Positions 1-13,936 are shown, numbered from the stretch's first letter. The stretch is 64,000 bases of DNA from Marsupella aquatica (GCA_973895155.1 OZ316898.1:8357079-8421078); one strand, 5' to 3'. Translations and numbers: made by a program. Notes: generated by a model from the sequence alone, not told the origin.

Positions 1-330
1 GCTGCTCCCTCCTTTTTTCATGCTCAGCTCCTTCCCCTCCATCATGGTTGAAAGTACAAACCCAGGCCGGCTTGATTTCTCACATTGCGTGGCCAACAGC
101 ACCTTGCCATGTGGCAAACAACTAGTGCGGAATGATCTTGGGTGAAGCACAACAGAAAGAATAACCCATATACTAAATTAAGGGCCAACATAATACAATA
201 ATTTGGGGGACAGAATTAGAATAATGGTCAGTTTTCCATTTACCAAATGAGGGCCAACATAATAATTACAATAATTTGGGGATAGATTGAGAATAATGGT
301 CAGTTTGCGGTACAGGGTAGTAAACAAGGG
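1..330. mobile_element. Right arm of a foldback/MULE-like MITE (same family as 6049-6887), cut by the window edge
   Basis: TTGCGTGGCCAACAGCACCTTGCCATGTGGCAAAC (~85-119) matches 6421-6455. Repeated TTTGGGGGACAG..AATAATGGTCAGTTT blocks resemble 6840-6872. Confidence 0.45.
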
Positions 331-1633
331 TTGCTGCATATTGGGGTCGTAAGAATTTCTATGTATTTTATAGGTATCAATGGTCATAGTTTCAGACAGA
401 AAACGCTATATTCACTACAGTACTATTCTTGATGATCGACAGTCACTAAGGGGAGTCCTTCTATTGAAGTGCGCGTAAATTAACTGCTCTGAGACGCGAT
501 CAGATTGATAATGTCACAATGTTGCTGCATTCTGGTGAGTTTCCTGATCCCATGCCAAAACTCTGGTTACCACTGCTAACTGGGGAATCCTTAACAAAGA
601 AATCTATAGAAATGGAAACCTTTCCTGAGAGATCATCGATTAGGTAAGGTAGAGGATGGAAAGAGTTGTAGCACCTCCAAGACAAAGTTGGATTCTTGCT
701 GGTGGTGGACAAGGTAGTACACGTTTTAGTTTCTTGGAGACCACAAGACTGAACTTCTTTCTATTTTTCGGGGAGAAACTTGCTCAGTTTCATTTTCATT
801 TTCATGCACAAGGTCATGTAGAATTCACAGTGTAAGCAAATTAGAACCAGGTAAAGTACTGCTAATCCAGTGACAACCGAGTGCGCCATCGACTACATAG
901 TGTAAATTCCCAGAATGAACTGAGCCACTAAATGACCAATCGATGGTCCCAATCATCTACAATCAGAATAATCGACAGCATTTGTCCTTAGGCTGGTTGT
1001 ACCTGATTGAATACTACTGAGACATCAGAAAGCTTCACAGTTGCCCAAACTCTTCTCACATGATTCTTCAAGATTCCCAAGGTCAGCTACGTATATGATT
1101 GATGTAAGAGCTTGTTGAAACTTTACTGAAACCGAGGAGGCGAAACAAAATGATGGTCAAATGTTTTCAGAGTGTAGCATTCCACTTTTGTGCATTTCTC
1201 TCCAGTGGTTATGATACACAAGAGCCTTGTTGCAACAGACAAATGATTGCCATCCACTTTAGCTTAACAACCTATTCAGAAATTCTGAGTAAGAGATGTC
1301 CGTGATTTTCCAATTGCGCCTTAGTTCTCTGGATTCGGGACGTGGGGGATTCTTCGGGACTCATCCCTGAGTGTACAACATTAGAAAGAACTACATGGAG
1401 CGTATATCCATTGCTCGGCGAAAGGCTAACTTCCAGGACTATGAGGTTATGCCTCACGTTTCCTCTGAATCTCCATTACCAGCCACCTCCATGTTGCTGG
1501 CGATTCTTTACAGCCAGCCATTAATTGTTATTTCACCGTTGTATGGACAGCCAAGGCATCACAAACATGAGTTACGTATGCCAAGCATGTTGAGCAGACA
1601 TAAGGCTGTCAACAGCAGGACCCGGAGAACAAG

Positions 1634-3929
1634 TCAGGATCCTTGTGAAGTACATTGAGATTCCTCCGACTCTTGCATTAATAGAATTTCTTTCTCCAGC
1701 TTGTAAGACATGACTTGCCGGCCAAAAGGGACCAGTAAATTGTATTTCAAAACCTGCCACCACACCAAGAAGCTTCAGCAATGTCGAGCAGTCCTTTTGA
1801 CCCTGAAAGTGACTTGTCTTACGGATCAAGATACTATTTGGCAGCCGACGTACAAACGCTACAGACATACTTTAGACCCCATCTTGCCGTGGAATCAAAA
1901 GAGAAATTAGATGAGGAATGTACTTATCCTCCAATTGTCGTGGTTCAACAGCTTGTGATTTCCTCTGTTGTTACCAATCCTATTGTTCAATTGGATAGCA
2001 AATGAACACCAGTCACGTCTGAAACTACGTTCTATTAGTACGCTTCACAGATTGACTGTGAGATCCTAGGAAATAACTGTCAGGCAATTTGAGCTGCATT
2101 AGTCTAAACTGAGGAATAACAGAGTTACCTTGCGGTTGATCTCTGCAAGCTCCCCTTGAAATTCAGCCATCAAAGCCTTCCATGCCAGGGCAACGGCCTC
2201 AGTGTCCTCTTTACCTCCACTCGCCTTCAACTTTCTTTGATAAGCTAAGGCCAATGCAGCGCGCCACCTTTGTATCATAACACGTATATCTTTGTTTAGC
2301 TCGACCCACTCAGGCGCGAATCCGTTCTTAGTCAGAATTCTATACGCCATATCTTCCGCAGGATCAGCATGGGGATTGCTCTCAAATTTCAGAGGCCTCC
2401 CTTTCCCAGGAAGATTTTCGAAGTCCCCATTCATCATAGATCGCAATATCCGCTGCTCTGCAACGTTGACTATATCTGCCTCTACTCTGCCACACGTTAA
2501 AAGGCTCTTAGTCTCCGTACGAAATCATGTTCCAAGTAAAAGCCTCTCGGTTCTGCCCAAAACAGCTATGCCAAGATTCCACTTTAATAAGCGGATGAGC
2601 GAATCAGGGAATGGATTTAAGGTACCGCAGTAACATTTTTCCCGGTGTTTAACCTGCCATCCCCTTGCTGCGTTTTGGGTTCTTCAGTTATGCGTCGGAT
2701 CAACTATTTGTGAACAGGGGTAGGGACACGAGGTGCACTCTCTCCCTAGATATAAAAGCACAGGATGGGACACCAAGAGGCACCACCCGCTGGGCACAAC
2801 AAACCCTGGGGTATCCACTGGGGTTCTAACAACAGTGGGATTACATGTTGATCTATAGGTAGACGGGAAACCTTCGAACGGGAAGGTACCAAAAGAGTGG
2901 GAAAGACAGATCTTGTGCACTTCATGAAATGTATTAGTCACGGCCATGACCGCGGTTCAAAGACGTTCGTTTCAAAGGCTCCGTTCTTCACGTAGGTCTA
3001 TACTCTATACTCTATACTCTATGTCTCACAGCGCCCTGAACATGACCACCATTGCTTCCAAATCGTCCCATTGCCCAGAACGGGAAAAATCACAGCTCGT
3101 TCGTATGGATCCCCCCGAGTAACAATGTGTTACAAGAGTTGACAAGAGAGGGAGTCACTCGGCGCCTTCTCCAGAATGTGGGACTGCCAATTGAGCACCT
3201 TCGCCTCGGCAACATTGTGCAGCGGCCAAATGCTTAGAATAAATTATCGACTTTCACTCGAATTTTCGACAATTCATAAATTGCCCTCGTCTTTCTAAAC
3301 TTAACCAAATGCCCTAAAGGAATACCAGATCCATGTGAGCATGCACAAACTGCATTGAGAACGAAGTACGTTCGTGGCAGAGCCTTGACTTGAGCAGAAA
3401 GCTTCTGGCTGGATTGCAAGGGTACTGCGTTACGTCAACTGCTTAGAAAAGTGAGGCATATTTTGACTTTTCCAATTATTGATGGGTTGTAAGAGCAAGG
3501 GAATTACTATGGCAACTGCCCACCGTGGAGAATTGACAGAGGCCAACAAGGATGGAGGCCAGTTAATCAAGCGAGAAAAAATTCAGCAACCTCGGCAACT
3601 GAGCCACGGAGTTCATCGATACAACCAGAAAACTCACCGGCCGGGTCGACATTCGCAGCACTGCTGCTGCTGCTGCTGCCGAAAACTCCACGGCGAAGTT
3701 CTGGAGGCAATCTCCTCTCATGAAGCTTATCGACCACTGCGAGAAGCTTCTCCGCGATGCTCTTCTTCCCACCGCCCGCCGACTTTTTGATCTTCTCTTC
3801 CGTAGCAGCCGTGACGCACAAATCCTGCTCGGGGACGGAGGAGTACTTCTTCAACACCGACGAAGGATTCCAACTCAAAGCCCTTCCGTGAGATCGTAAC
3901 CCCCGTAGTATCACCAACGAGCGCGCCAT
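1634..3929 (-). CDS. DUF1992 / DnaJ subfamily C member 28-like protein, probably organelle-targeted; at least 3 exons
   Basis: Exon 3929-3638 (ATG..., ERRLPPELR; donor G|GTGAGT). Exon 2481 or 2486-2129 (ADIVNVAEQRILRSMMNGDFENLPGKGRPLKFESNPHADPAED..APEWVELNKDIR; donor AAG|GTAACT). Exon 1753-1634 (cag|VLKYNLLVPFGRQ...TGA). Motifs are typical of the plant DUF1992 family. The exon1/exon2 junction phase is ambiguous. Confidence 0.85.
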
Positions 3930-6048
3930 CGCCACACATTAAGCAAGCGAGCGGGTGGGAGAGCACGTCCCACCGCCTCTAGACTGAGCCGATGAAACCC
4001 AACAATAACTCGTTAATTTCGAAATTAAGCCAGTCCAATCGATTCACGCCGTAACAGAAAAACCGTCCTCGTCGGGTATGAAAACAGAGGGATTCCCAGG
4101 AGGGAAGCAGAACAGTCTTCATACGATTTGTTGTCCGCAACGGAAGACAGCTTTGCATCCACTCTGTAAGCATACATACAGGTTTTCAAAGTCGAAAGCG
4201 GAAACAAACACCCACGAAACCGCGGCGCTAGAGCAAGCCAAACCCTGCGTTGCGTGCAATGCAACAGTAGTATTCTATTGAAACTCGACAAAACAAATTC
4301 TCTAGGACCGTCTACTGCCTTCTTCGATTTCAAAGCTGAAGGCAATGAGAACTGATGGCTAGAATTAGAAATTTTCACAGGAACCCAGTGGAAGTCTCTC
4401 TCATGCACAACAATGAAGGTCCTTAATCATATGCATTTTCAGGAATCTACATTGGTTCAATCAGAATGCCTAGGTACTGGAATGGAATGCGCAACTGTAA
4501 TTCTTTCCCTCCATGCGGACTTTAAGTGCAACTCCTCTGTGACGGCTGTTACATGCCATCCCTCACACTCTAATGGCTTTTCTAAGAACAATCCAATTCA
4601 GCTCTCTCTGAGGCCTTTCTCAGTGCATTTCAACTCCCTCAGGTCCTTCTCTGTGGCTTTTCTACGAACAATTCAATTCAAGCTCTCTTTGAGGCCTTTC
4701 TCAGTGCATTTCTAACTGCTTGAAGTCTGTGTTTTGTCTAACTGGAACTTGATTCATGTTCTTTGCCTTTTGCTCGGGTTCACTAGAAGCAATAACAACT
4801 ACAACAAACGGCAATCACCTGAGCCGACCTATTGAACAAACCAGCTGGAATGAGGTTCAAATGCCAAGTGCAATCAGCCTTTTTACTGGTCACAACATGA
4901 AATTGGCATGTTGGACCAAAGTGTTTGACTATGGTTATAGACAGTGAAGAGACGCATGTCATACAGATGCATTTCGAAGAAGGTTGAACATGAGTACCTT
5001 CCAGGTTCCGAATAAACTTGAAATTATAACCGACCCACCAACACCTGCTGTTCGCCCAAATTTAAATGCAGCACCTTGATCTTGAACACAGGATCTGTAA
5101 CGACCACAAAAGTTCATAACTGGCGACGAGAGAGACCTACTACTAGGCAGTATCTCGAATCAAATATCAGAGCAATAAGAAATTCAGCAGATCTCAAACT
5201 CTCCAACCTCCAGTCCTCCCTGGACTCTTTCAGTGAGATCCAAATTCAGAATGTCTCCATAGTACAGTGCAAATGGCTCGATGTAGAATTTAATCTCTGC
5301 AACTGTCTCTTAAATTGAGTTACAGTATCAACGTAGATCACAGGCTATCTCGTCGAAATAGGTTCATTGGAAGTGAGACTGAGAAGGGCAGTTGGGAGTG
5401 CTATTGCACATCAACCAACTTCGCTCTCTGTGGGCTTTCTGGGCGGGATCCGACTCATTCATCTCCCTGTGGCGAGTTTGATTAACAGAAACCTCAATTG
5501 CCCATCTACGATACCAAAATAACATTCACTGAATTCTTACTTATGGACGAACGAACCAGCCTTGAAAGAATGAAAGACGGACCAGACCCTCGTAGTCCTC
5601 TAATCTCTATCTACCTCGCCTAAAGTGGAGCCTCTGCTTGCCACTTCAACACAGAGTAACACTTCAACACAGAGTAGTACTCTACCAGAACAATGGACTC
5701 ATCCAACATCCTGCTGCTGCTGATCTGCCGAGAATCTGCTTAGCTTACCTCCACTGACACTGAGTCGATCCATCATCGATCAATTTCGACGAGATGACCC
5801 GGTGACATTATTTCCTCTGCCAAGAAGATGTCGATATTCCATCAAGGGTTTCAATTTCCTGCGACCACGTGAATTTGGGATTCTAGTGTAGAGCACGAGC
5901 AGGGCTTATAGGCAGAGGACGACGGTGGAAACCCGAGCCATGTTTTTCTGTGGCCTTTTGAAGGACAGCATCATCGCCGAGCAAAAGCCCTCTTCGCTTG
6001 AAGACCAAGTAACGGAGTTAGCTCTCCTCTCAAAACCCAACCTTGCCC

Positions 6049-6887
6049 ATAATTGTGATCACTTTGTTACTAACAAGCACCCCCGCTCCCCACCCCCACC
6101 AAACTGACAGTTGTTATCAGTGACCTGTCTCCCAAACTATTTTTATTTCTAAATGGACCCCCATTTGGTATATGAGTTACTCTAACTCCTTTAATTATAA
6201 CCCAATGTGTTTCTGGATTGGACGTCTGCCACATGACAAGGCACTATTGGCCATGCGGAACCTGGCCGGAAATGCACTAACCCAGGCCAGCACATTCCTG
6301 CCGAAAATACGGGAGTATTAGGCCGGGCTCCCTCACCTTGTGTAAGGGCAGGCCCTAGCCCGGCTCCCTCCCCGATGTCAATTTTGAGCCAACAGATGCC
6401 CAACAACAGGGCTGCCCATTTTGCGTGGCCAATAGTGCCTTGCCATGTGGCAAACTACCAATCTGGAAAGACCTCAGGTTAAAGCACATGAGCTCGGGGG
6501 GTTGACTATCAAAATCTTAGGAATCACATGCGATCCAAAATATGTATTTTTGATAAAAATTAACTAAATTTTTAAAAAGAGTAGGAGGCAAAAGAAGGTA
6601 TTATAAACTCATGTTTATAGAATATTCTTTAATATATACTTTTTATAAAATAAAATAGGTTATTAATATTGAAAATGGAGAATATTTTTGGAATATTTTC
6701 TTTATAAAATAGGTCTATTTATATTAGGCTAGGATCGCACATGGTACCCCAAAATATACACTTAGTTAACCCCCCGAGCACATGAGTTAGACTAACTCGT
6801 ATGTCAATTTAGGAACAAAAAATTGGGGAAGAGGTTTATAATAACTGTCAGTTTGGGGGACAGGTTAGTAAATAGAATCGCAGTTAT
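6049..6887. mobile_element. Non-autonomous foldback element (MULE-like MITE) with ~200-bp imperfect inverted arms
   Basis: Left arm ATAATTGTGATC..TTACTAAC..CCAAACTGACAGTT..TGCCACATGACAAGGCACTATTGGCCA is the reverse complement of right arm TGGCCAATAGTGCCTTGCCATGTGGCA..AACTGTCAGTTTGG..GTTAGTAA..ATCGCAGTTAT. No clear TSD. Confidence 0.6.
6493..6778. mobile_element. 286-bp AT-rich MITE with 16-bp TIR and 8-bp TSD, nested in the foldback element
   Basis: TIRs CTCGGGGGGTTGACTA / TAGTTAACCCCCCGAG (15/16 match). Perfect flanking duplication CACATGAG at 6485-6492 and 6779-6786. A second copy lies at 31387-31657. Confidence 0.85.
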
Positions 6888-7843
6888 CGTTTTTGCAAAG
6901 TTGAATTCTACTGCATCCAGATTCACAGATAGTGTTCACACAATTGATTTTGATTGAACCTATTAATCAATCATCGCCATAGAAGCTCTCATGATGGGAC
7001 ATCCTTTGCATAAACAACAGTGTCGTCCACGGTGTTGCAACCCGATTATTGGCACATTCAGTCACGTGTCGTGCGCATACACATCGCTACACAACATACA
7101 TCGCTTGTCGCATACATCCAGACATAGTCACACTAACACATCACAAACACAAGAGAATGGAATACAAGTGAAACTCATCTCCACACATGTCCAAAACCCA
7201 CAATAATCTCAATAGAATCCAATCAACGATCGACGCCAACAATACGTACTCAATCCTGTCCGATCCGATCACACACGTATGTCGAGCCAACGCACCTTGC
7301 ACGTAAGGAATCCACGCTACATAGAGAGAGCTCGCAACCACCATAGTCACCACACAAGCTCCCTTCTCCAAGGCTCAACATTGAAAGATAACCTTTCAAT
7401 GCCTCATAAGAGAGAACTACCCTCTCACACAAACCTAATGGAACCCTATCGGCTCATATAGTACACATACCAAACATACAGATCTAGATAGTATGATACC
7501 CTCTAACACTACCTAGAATGGTGTGACACACCTGTTGTGCCCACCCTAGCCCTCCTTTCTGAATTTATTCCATAAGTGAAACGGTAGCCCTCTTCTTCAA
7601 CGCACATACAAAATGAAAGGGTTCATACTAGAAAGGATCATATTGAGGCATAATCAACATAGGTTTTTTGGTTGCAAATTGCTGGGCAACAATGAGAGCA
7701 ATGCAATCAAACAAATGACTTTAGGTTGCATATTGCTAGACTGCAAACAGATCTTTAAGAAAATGTTCTCAGATCATCAAACATGTGTAGCCCAATTCTG
7801 AGCCTCCACACAATTATTCAATTATGAGACTCTCCCTCATTTT

Positions 7844-8282
7844 TGTTGAGCATAGACGACGATCGCAACGGCAAGCCCATGAACCATCCAACGCACAATA
7901 GTCGACACAAGAGATACGTGGTTCACCTCCTTGAGGCTACGTCCACGGGAACACACAAGAGAGCTTTACTGAACTCTAAGCCCGTCAGCTATACCGAGTC
8001 TCCACAGTGTAAGCTCTCCCTATCTCTCAAGTGACTCCATAACAATGAGCCTTGGTTCTACCTCTCCAAGCACACATGCCTCTTATGATATAGTGTGCAA
8101 CTTAGTTGTACCTAACCACATAGTTGTACCTAATCACATAGTTGTACCTAACCACATAGTTGTACCTAATCACGTAGTTGTACCTAACCACATAGTTGTA
8201 CCTAATCACGTAGTTGTACCAACCCACGTTGTTGTACCAACCACGTCATACCTAACCTAGACGTAAGAGTAAATACCCAACA
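7844..8282 (-). repeat. 3' LTR of copia element (439 bp)
   Basis: Matches 13937-14357 except for 2 substitutions and one extra 18-bp unit. Adjacent to the PPT. Confidence 0.97.
8101..8243. repeat. 18-bp tandem array (8 units) inside the 3' LTR
   Basis: Unit C(A/G)TAGTTGTACCTAA(C/T)CA. The 5' LTR carries 7 units at 14194-14318. Confidence 0.95.
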
Positions 8283-8294
8283 ATCTTCCCCTTG
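8283..8294 (-). promoter_or_regulatory. Polypurine tract
   Basis: Minus-strand AAGGGGAAGAT immediately before the 3' LTR. Confidence 0.9.
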
Positions 8295-8472
8295 ACTCTG
8301 GTCTAGGGGAGAGTAATACTGCCAATGTATATGATCCCTCAGCGGGAAGTTCTGGACAAAAACCAAACTGGTTTCCCTCTCTAACTAGAGCAAACCAGAA
8401 CTAAGCCGTAGCCTAATACATAGGAATGAGGAAGAGCATATATCAGTAATTACAATGAATGTTAAGAAAACT

Positions 8473-11400
8473 CTACTTGTGATGCAATTGCAAAACCTGC
8501 AATACGTCACGGTGTCTAGAGAAACTCTCCAAAGGAATCACTTTGGTAAATGCGTCAGCCGGGTTGAGTTTACCATCAATCTTGACTAGCTCAAACAAAT
8601 TATCAGACACAGCCTGCCTGATAAAATGGTACCTGACATCAATGTGCTTCACTCTACTGTCCATCACCTGGTTCATAGCAAGGTGGAGCGCACTTTGACT
8701 ATCACAATGGAGCTTCACATTCCCCTGTGGCAATCCCATTTCAATGATAAGTCTATCCAACCAAATCGCTTCCTTTGCTGCTTCCGCAGCTGCAACATAC
8801 TCCGCTTCTGTAGTAGACTGAGCAATACACTTCTGCAAAGTAGACCTCCAACTTATGCATCCACCGCCAAGTGTGAACACGTATCCTGTTGTTGATCTCC
8901 TTCGGTCCAAATCTTGTCCATAGTCAGAATCAACATAGCCAATCAATGATTTAGCATTCTTTGCATTCGCATCAAATAAAAGACCATGATCCACGGTACC
9001 CTTCAAGTACCTGATAATCCACTTCACTGCTTCCCAGTGTACCTTCCCTGGATTTGATATGTACCTGCTTACCTTGCCCATAGCCATGGCAAGATCAGGT
9101 CTAGTGCAAGTCATCAAATACATGAGACTCCCCACTGCCTTGTCATACAGAACCTTTGACATCAACCCCTTCTCTATGTCATCCGTAGGACAGAACGCTG
9201 ATGATAACTTGAAGTGTGGAGCCAACGGGGTACTTACTGGCTTGCTATTCCCCATGTTGAACCTTGCAATTACCTTCCTCGCATAACTGCTCTGCGTCAA
9301 CCATAGCTTGCCAGCCTCCAAGTCCCTAGTGATCTCCATACCCAAAATCCTCTTAGCTGGCCCTAAGTCCTTCATCTTAAACTCTGCACTAAGCAGTGCC
9401 TTGAGCTTAACAATCTCAGACCTATCCTTGGCTGCAATTAGCATATCATCCACATAAAGTACTAAAACAATGAACCCAAATACAATATTCTTTACCGATT
9501 TCAAATACACACAAGGGTCAAATACACTTCTGTGAAAACCTTGTGACCGAATCCAATCGTCAAACCGCTTGTTCCACTGTCTTGGTGACTGCTTCAACCC
9601 ATACAAGGATTTCATCAATCTGCAAACCAATTCCTCCTGTCCTCTCTTCACAAAACCTAGCGGTTGTCTCATGAAGATCACCTCTTCCAATGTGCCATAG
9701 AGGAAAGCTGTGACAACATCCATCTGATCTAGCAGCAGACCAAACATTACAACAAGTACACACAATAGTCGTATTGTAGAGTACTTAGCAACTGGTGAGA
9801 AGACCTCATTGTAATCCACACCTTTCTCTTGTGTGAATCCCTTTGCTACCAACCTAGCCTTGTAGACCTTCGATCCACCTCCTATGGAATTATCCTTCAG
9901 CTTGTAAATCCACTTGCTGTCCACCACTTGCTGACCCTTAGGCAGCTTAACAAGCTCCCAAGTTTTGTTGTCCTTTAGTGACTGCATCTCCGTTTGCATT
10001 GCTGCAGTCCACTTCTGCTTCTCCTTTGAAGCACTTGCCTCATGAAATGAAGAAGGTTCCCCTTCTTCCAAAATTAACGCATCACCCTCATCATCAGTTG
10101 CAAAATCATTTTCTTGCAGTTGAGATGAATCAACCCACTGTCCATACCTTGGTAAAGCACGTACAGTGCGACCAGATGTTCTTCTAGCCGATGACTTCGG
10201 TTGATCTGCGTGTGCTGGTACAATTTGAAGCTCAACAACATCCACTTGCTGCTCACCAGCATCAACAAACTCCTCTGGTTCCTCTAGCACAGGAACCAGC
10301 TCCATAATTGGAGCAACTCCTTCTCTCCGGTCATGCACCTCATAACCAATCTCCCCCTCAACGAGATTCGGGATAGGAGATTTTCCTTTGTCAGTACGGG
10401 AGACCTGAGTATTCTCCCCCTCCTTCAATAATCTTGATTCATTGAAGGAAACATCCCTACTGACAACGAGCTTACAGGCAATAGGATCCCATAGCCTATA
10501 GGCTTTCACACCACTCTGGTACCCAAAAAAAACACATTTCTTGGAGGTAGGATCCAACTTGGTCCTATTCTGCTTCGGTGTGAGAGCATATGCATCACTT
10601 CCAAAAACTACCAAGCCATGATAGTCTGCTTGCCGCTTATAGCGCATCTCAAACGACGTTTTGAAATTGATAGCACTAGAAGGAGAAAGATTTACCAAAT
10701 AAGCTGCGGTATTGATAGCTTCTGCCCAAAATTCTTGTGGTAAACCTGATTGGCTCAACATACTTCGTGACCGCTCCAACAGTGTCCGATTGAGCCTCTC
10801 AGCGACACCATTCTGCTGCAGAGTATAAACTGTGGTGAGATGGCGAGTTATCCCCTGTTCTGAACAGTACTCTTCAAATTCCATTGAAGTGTACTCCCCG
10901 CCGTTGTCTGACCTCAGACTCTTCACCCTTGTATCCAAACACTTGATCGTGTTTCCAGTCTGATTCTCCACCTGGGCCTTCCACTTCTTAAAAATGGACA
11001 AGACATCAGACTTATGCATCATGAAATAAATCCACACAAATCTTGAGTAATCATCAATAAATGATACATAGTACAACTTTCCAGAGTGTGAGGGAGTCGG
11101 GGATGGACCCCACACGTCACTATGTATGTACTCAAGAACCGCTTTGGAACGATGAGTTCCAACACCAAAAGCACGACGATGCTGCTTTCCAAGAATGCAA
11201 TGCTCACAAAACTCTAATTTACAAGATTGCAAATCAGAAATGAGTCCATTCTTCCGTAAGATAGCCAAACCCTTCTCACTCATGTGGCCTAGCCGTGAAT
11301 GCCACAGTTGAGTCATCTCCTCGTGAGACTTGGTTACATTGGCCTCTCCACATACAGTATTGCCCTATAACACATACAAATTCTTTTGTCTACTCCCCTT

Positions 11401-12786
11401 CAAAATCACTGTCTCTCCTGACCTGACTTGAAGTTCACCATCAATAACGCTCCATTGATGACCATTTGAATCCAACACACCGAGTGAAATCAGATTCTTA
11501 CGCATGCCAGGTACATACCTGACTCCGGACACTGTGCGCACAGCGCCATCAAACATTTGAATCTTCACAGACCCAATTCCCTCAATTTGACAGGAGTGAT
11601 CATTTCCCATCAGAACTGAACTGTTTGAAATAGAGTAAGAACTGAAAAACTCACGAATGTAACAAATATGAAAAGAGCAAGCACAATCAAGAATCCACAC
11701 ATCATCTGCTCTCCTAGATGACGTGCATAGGGCATACCCCCGGCTTCATAAAACATACTCATCATTGAGTAAATCAGCTTCTCCATCAGCCCTAGCCACA
11801 TTTGCCGATGAAGTTTCCGCTGCCTTTCCCTTACAGTCTCGCTTGAAGTGTCCAACTTGGTTGCACTTCCAACATGTCACCTGCCTCCTCTGAGGGGATT
11901 TATCCTTGGACTTAGATCTGGATTTAGATCTAAACTGGGTTCTACGGTCCCCAGTTGGTCGCTGCATACCCCTCCCACGGTTAACATTGAGGGCAGCACC
12001 AGATGACGAAGGCTGTGATGTGATGTGCATCTTCTGCTGAAGATCATCACTAAGCAGAGAACTTACCACGTCATTATATGAAATGGTATCCCTATCACGA
12101 TGCAACAACACTCGTGATAGGGACTGGTAAGATGGAGGCAATGAACTAAGAAGCTGCAGAGCCTTCGTCTCATCATTCAAAGTCTCCCCAAGGTTTTCCA
12201 AGTCAACGACCATGTCGTTGAAAGCATCCACATGGTCTTGCAACTTTGTGTCGGATTCCTTCATCCTGAAACTCATGAGTTTGTAGGAAGTGTAGAGCCG
12301 GTTCGACAACTCCTTGCGGTGATACTTGCTCTGCAATTCCGCAAACAAGGACATGCAATCCTTATGTGCACCCAACTGCTTGATGATGGGAGGCATGAGA
12401 TAGAGTGTAACACACCACACTCCCTGCTCCTGCATGCGGTCCCATTGTTTCTCATCAACATCGTCTTCACGAGGGCTCAGCAGTTGGCCCATCCCTGACG
12501 CATAGAGCACTCCCTTCACCTGCTTCTCCCATAGCAAGTAGTCAGAGCGCCCATCATACTTTGTCACTTCATACTTGGGTCCCCCAAGCTTGAAAGTCCC
12601 CATCTTCTTCTTTGGCACTACCGTGAGCTCCGGTAGTAGTACTGCTTCCTCCACCACACGCCGCACCGGCGATGGTATCGGTGTCACGTGCTCTTCCTCC
12701 TGCTCCTCTCTCTGCCCCTGAAACCGCCGCGGTGATCCTCGTGCTTCAAGTTCCATGTCTTCAAAAAATTCCTCCGAATCACTCAT
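8473..12786 (-). pseudogene. Copia gag-pol polyprotein, single frame interrupted by two in-frame stops
   Basis: ORFs 11746-12786 (gag, CWKCNQVGHFKRDC zinc knuckle), 11365-11700 (protease WILDCACSFH) and 8473-11316 (GAG-pre-INT WHSRLGH, integrase DNGGEY, RT YVDD, RNaseH ADAFTK) are all in one frame. Stops: TGA 11746-11748 and TAG 11365-11367. Confidence 0.93.
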
Positions 12787-13921
12787 ATGAGAAAATCACA
12801 AAAATTGTTGTTTTTCACAACTTCTCAAAAACTCGAAACTCAACACCGCCGCGTAGCCCACAAAGCTAGGAGTCCAATACTGAAAACCGAAATCAAAATC
12901 GAAATTTGACGGAAAAGTTATTCAAATTTCGGTCGAGGTGGGTAAAACCTTGGGAAACTCCCCCATTTTGACCACCTCAGGGAATAACCGAAATGCCAAG
13001 TACAACCCGTTGTCGGAATTACGATGTGATTGGTGCGCCGCGTTGCCAATTTCAATGGCTACGACCTCGCCAAAAAATAACCAAAAAAGTTACCGTTTGA
13101 CGGATGAAATCTTTGTCGGACGGTCAAAAAATAGCTCTCTGGTTTTTTGGAATATTCTATGACCCTTGTACAGGCCCTGTGGGAATTTTGGAAGAACAAT
13201 CGAGGGGCTGACACGTGTCCTCGAACCCCCAAAACCCCCTACCACCCTTCGTCGTCGAAATCTGGTCGCGCGCGCAGAAAATACACACGGCAGAATGTAC
13301 CCCTCGACACCAAACGCAAGATATCTCACTTGGGTTTTGATGAAATCAAGATCTGATTTCAGATTTGGAAACTAGACTTCGAGGCGGTGAAGATCGATAT
13401 AAGAAGCACCCAAAACGAGGAAAGAACGAGGGAGAAAAAAATTGGTAAAGATGACAGATTTCTCTCAATTGCCATAGCCAATTTCGAATCAGTTTTTCAA
13501 AGAGAAAAAATGGTACCTTGTCAACAACGAATGTTGATCAATTGCACTTGGTGCCGTCACCAATCCAACAAGGTAATTGATTTTGCTTAGCCTTCCTCTT
13601 TGCATCAAAGAGCCAATCCCGGACTCAAAACAATCGTCTTGCCTCAATCTCTCCGTTGAGTCAAAACACTTGACGCTTCTCCCTCCGAGTCGATTGCCAA
13701 CTTTCTTCACAAAATCCAGAACGACGAAAACTTAGATCTCTCTGCACCACGAGCTCCGTTCAGCGATTTCTTCACACCGTTAGAAAGCTCTTGCCCCGAT
13801 CTATCCGTTGAGCCCATAAACTCCAAGTTCCATGCGACGGAACTCCGGGAAATCCACCGACACTCAACGCTGGAAAAACCGTAATGAAATCCCGTCACGA
13901 ACACACGTCACCTCCCAAGCA

Positions 13922-13934
13922 TGCTCTGATACCA
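13922..13934 (-). promoter_or_regulatory. Primer-binding site (tRNA-iMet)
   Basis: Plus-strand TGCTCTGATACCA reads TGGTATCAGAGCA on the minus strand, 2 nt from the LTR. Confidence 0.95.
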
Positions 13935-13936
13935 AT

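Noticed and set aside
7033-7602. Possible solo LTR (TGTTGC...TTCAACG)
   Set aside because: The 3' end is not CA and the flanks match only 3/5; not supportable without other copies.
8101-8243. CRISPR-like appearance of the 18-bp array and the VVPNH-repeat ORFs
   Set aside because: No unique spacers, eukaryotic LTR context, and the ORFs are translation artefacts of the repeat.
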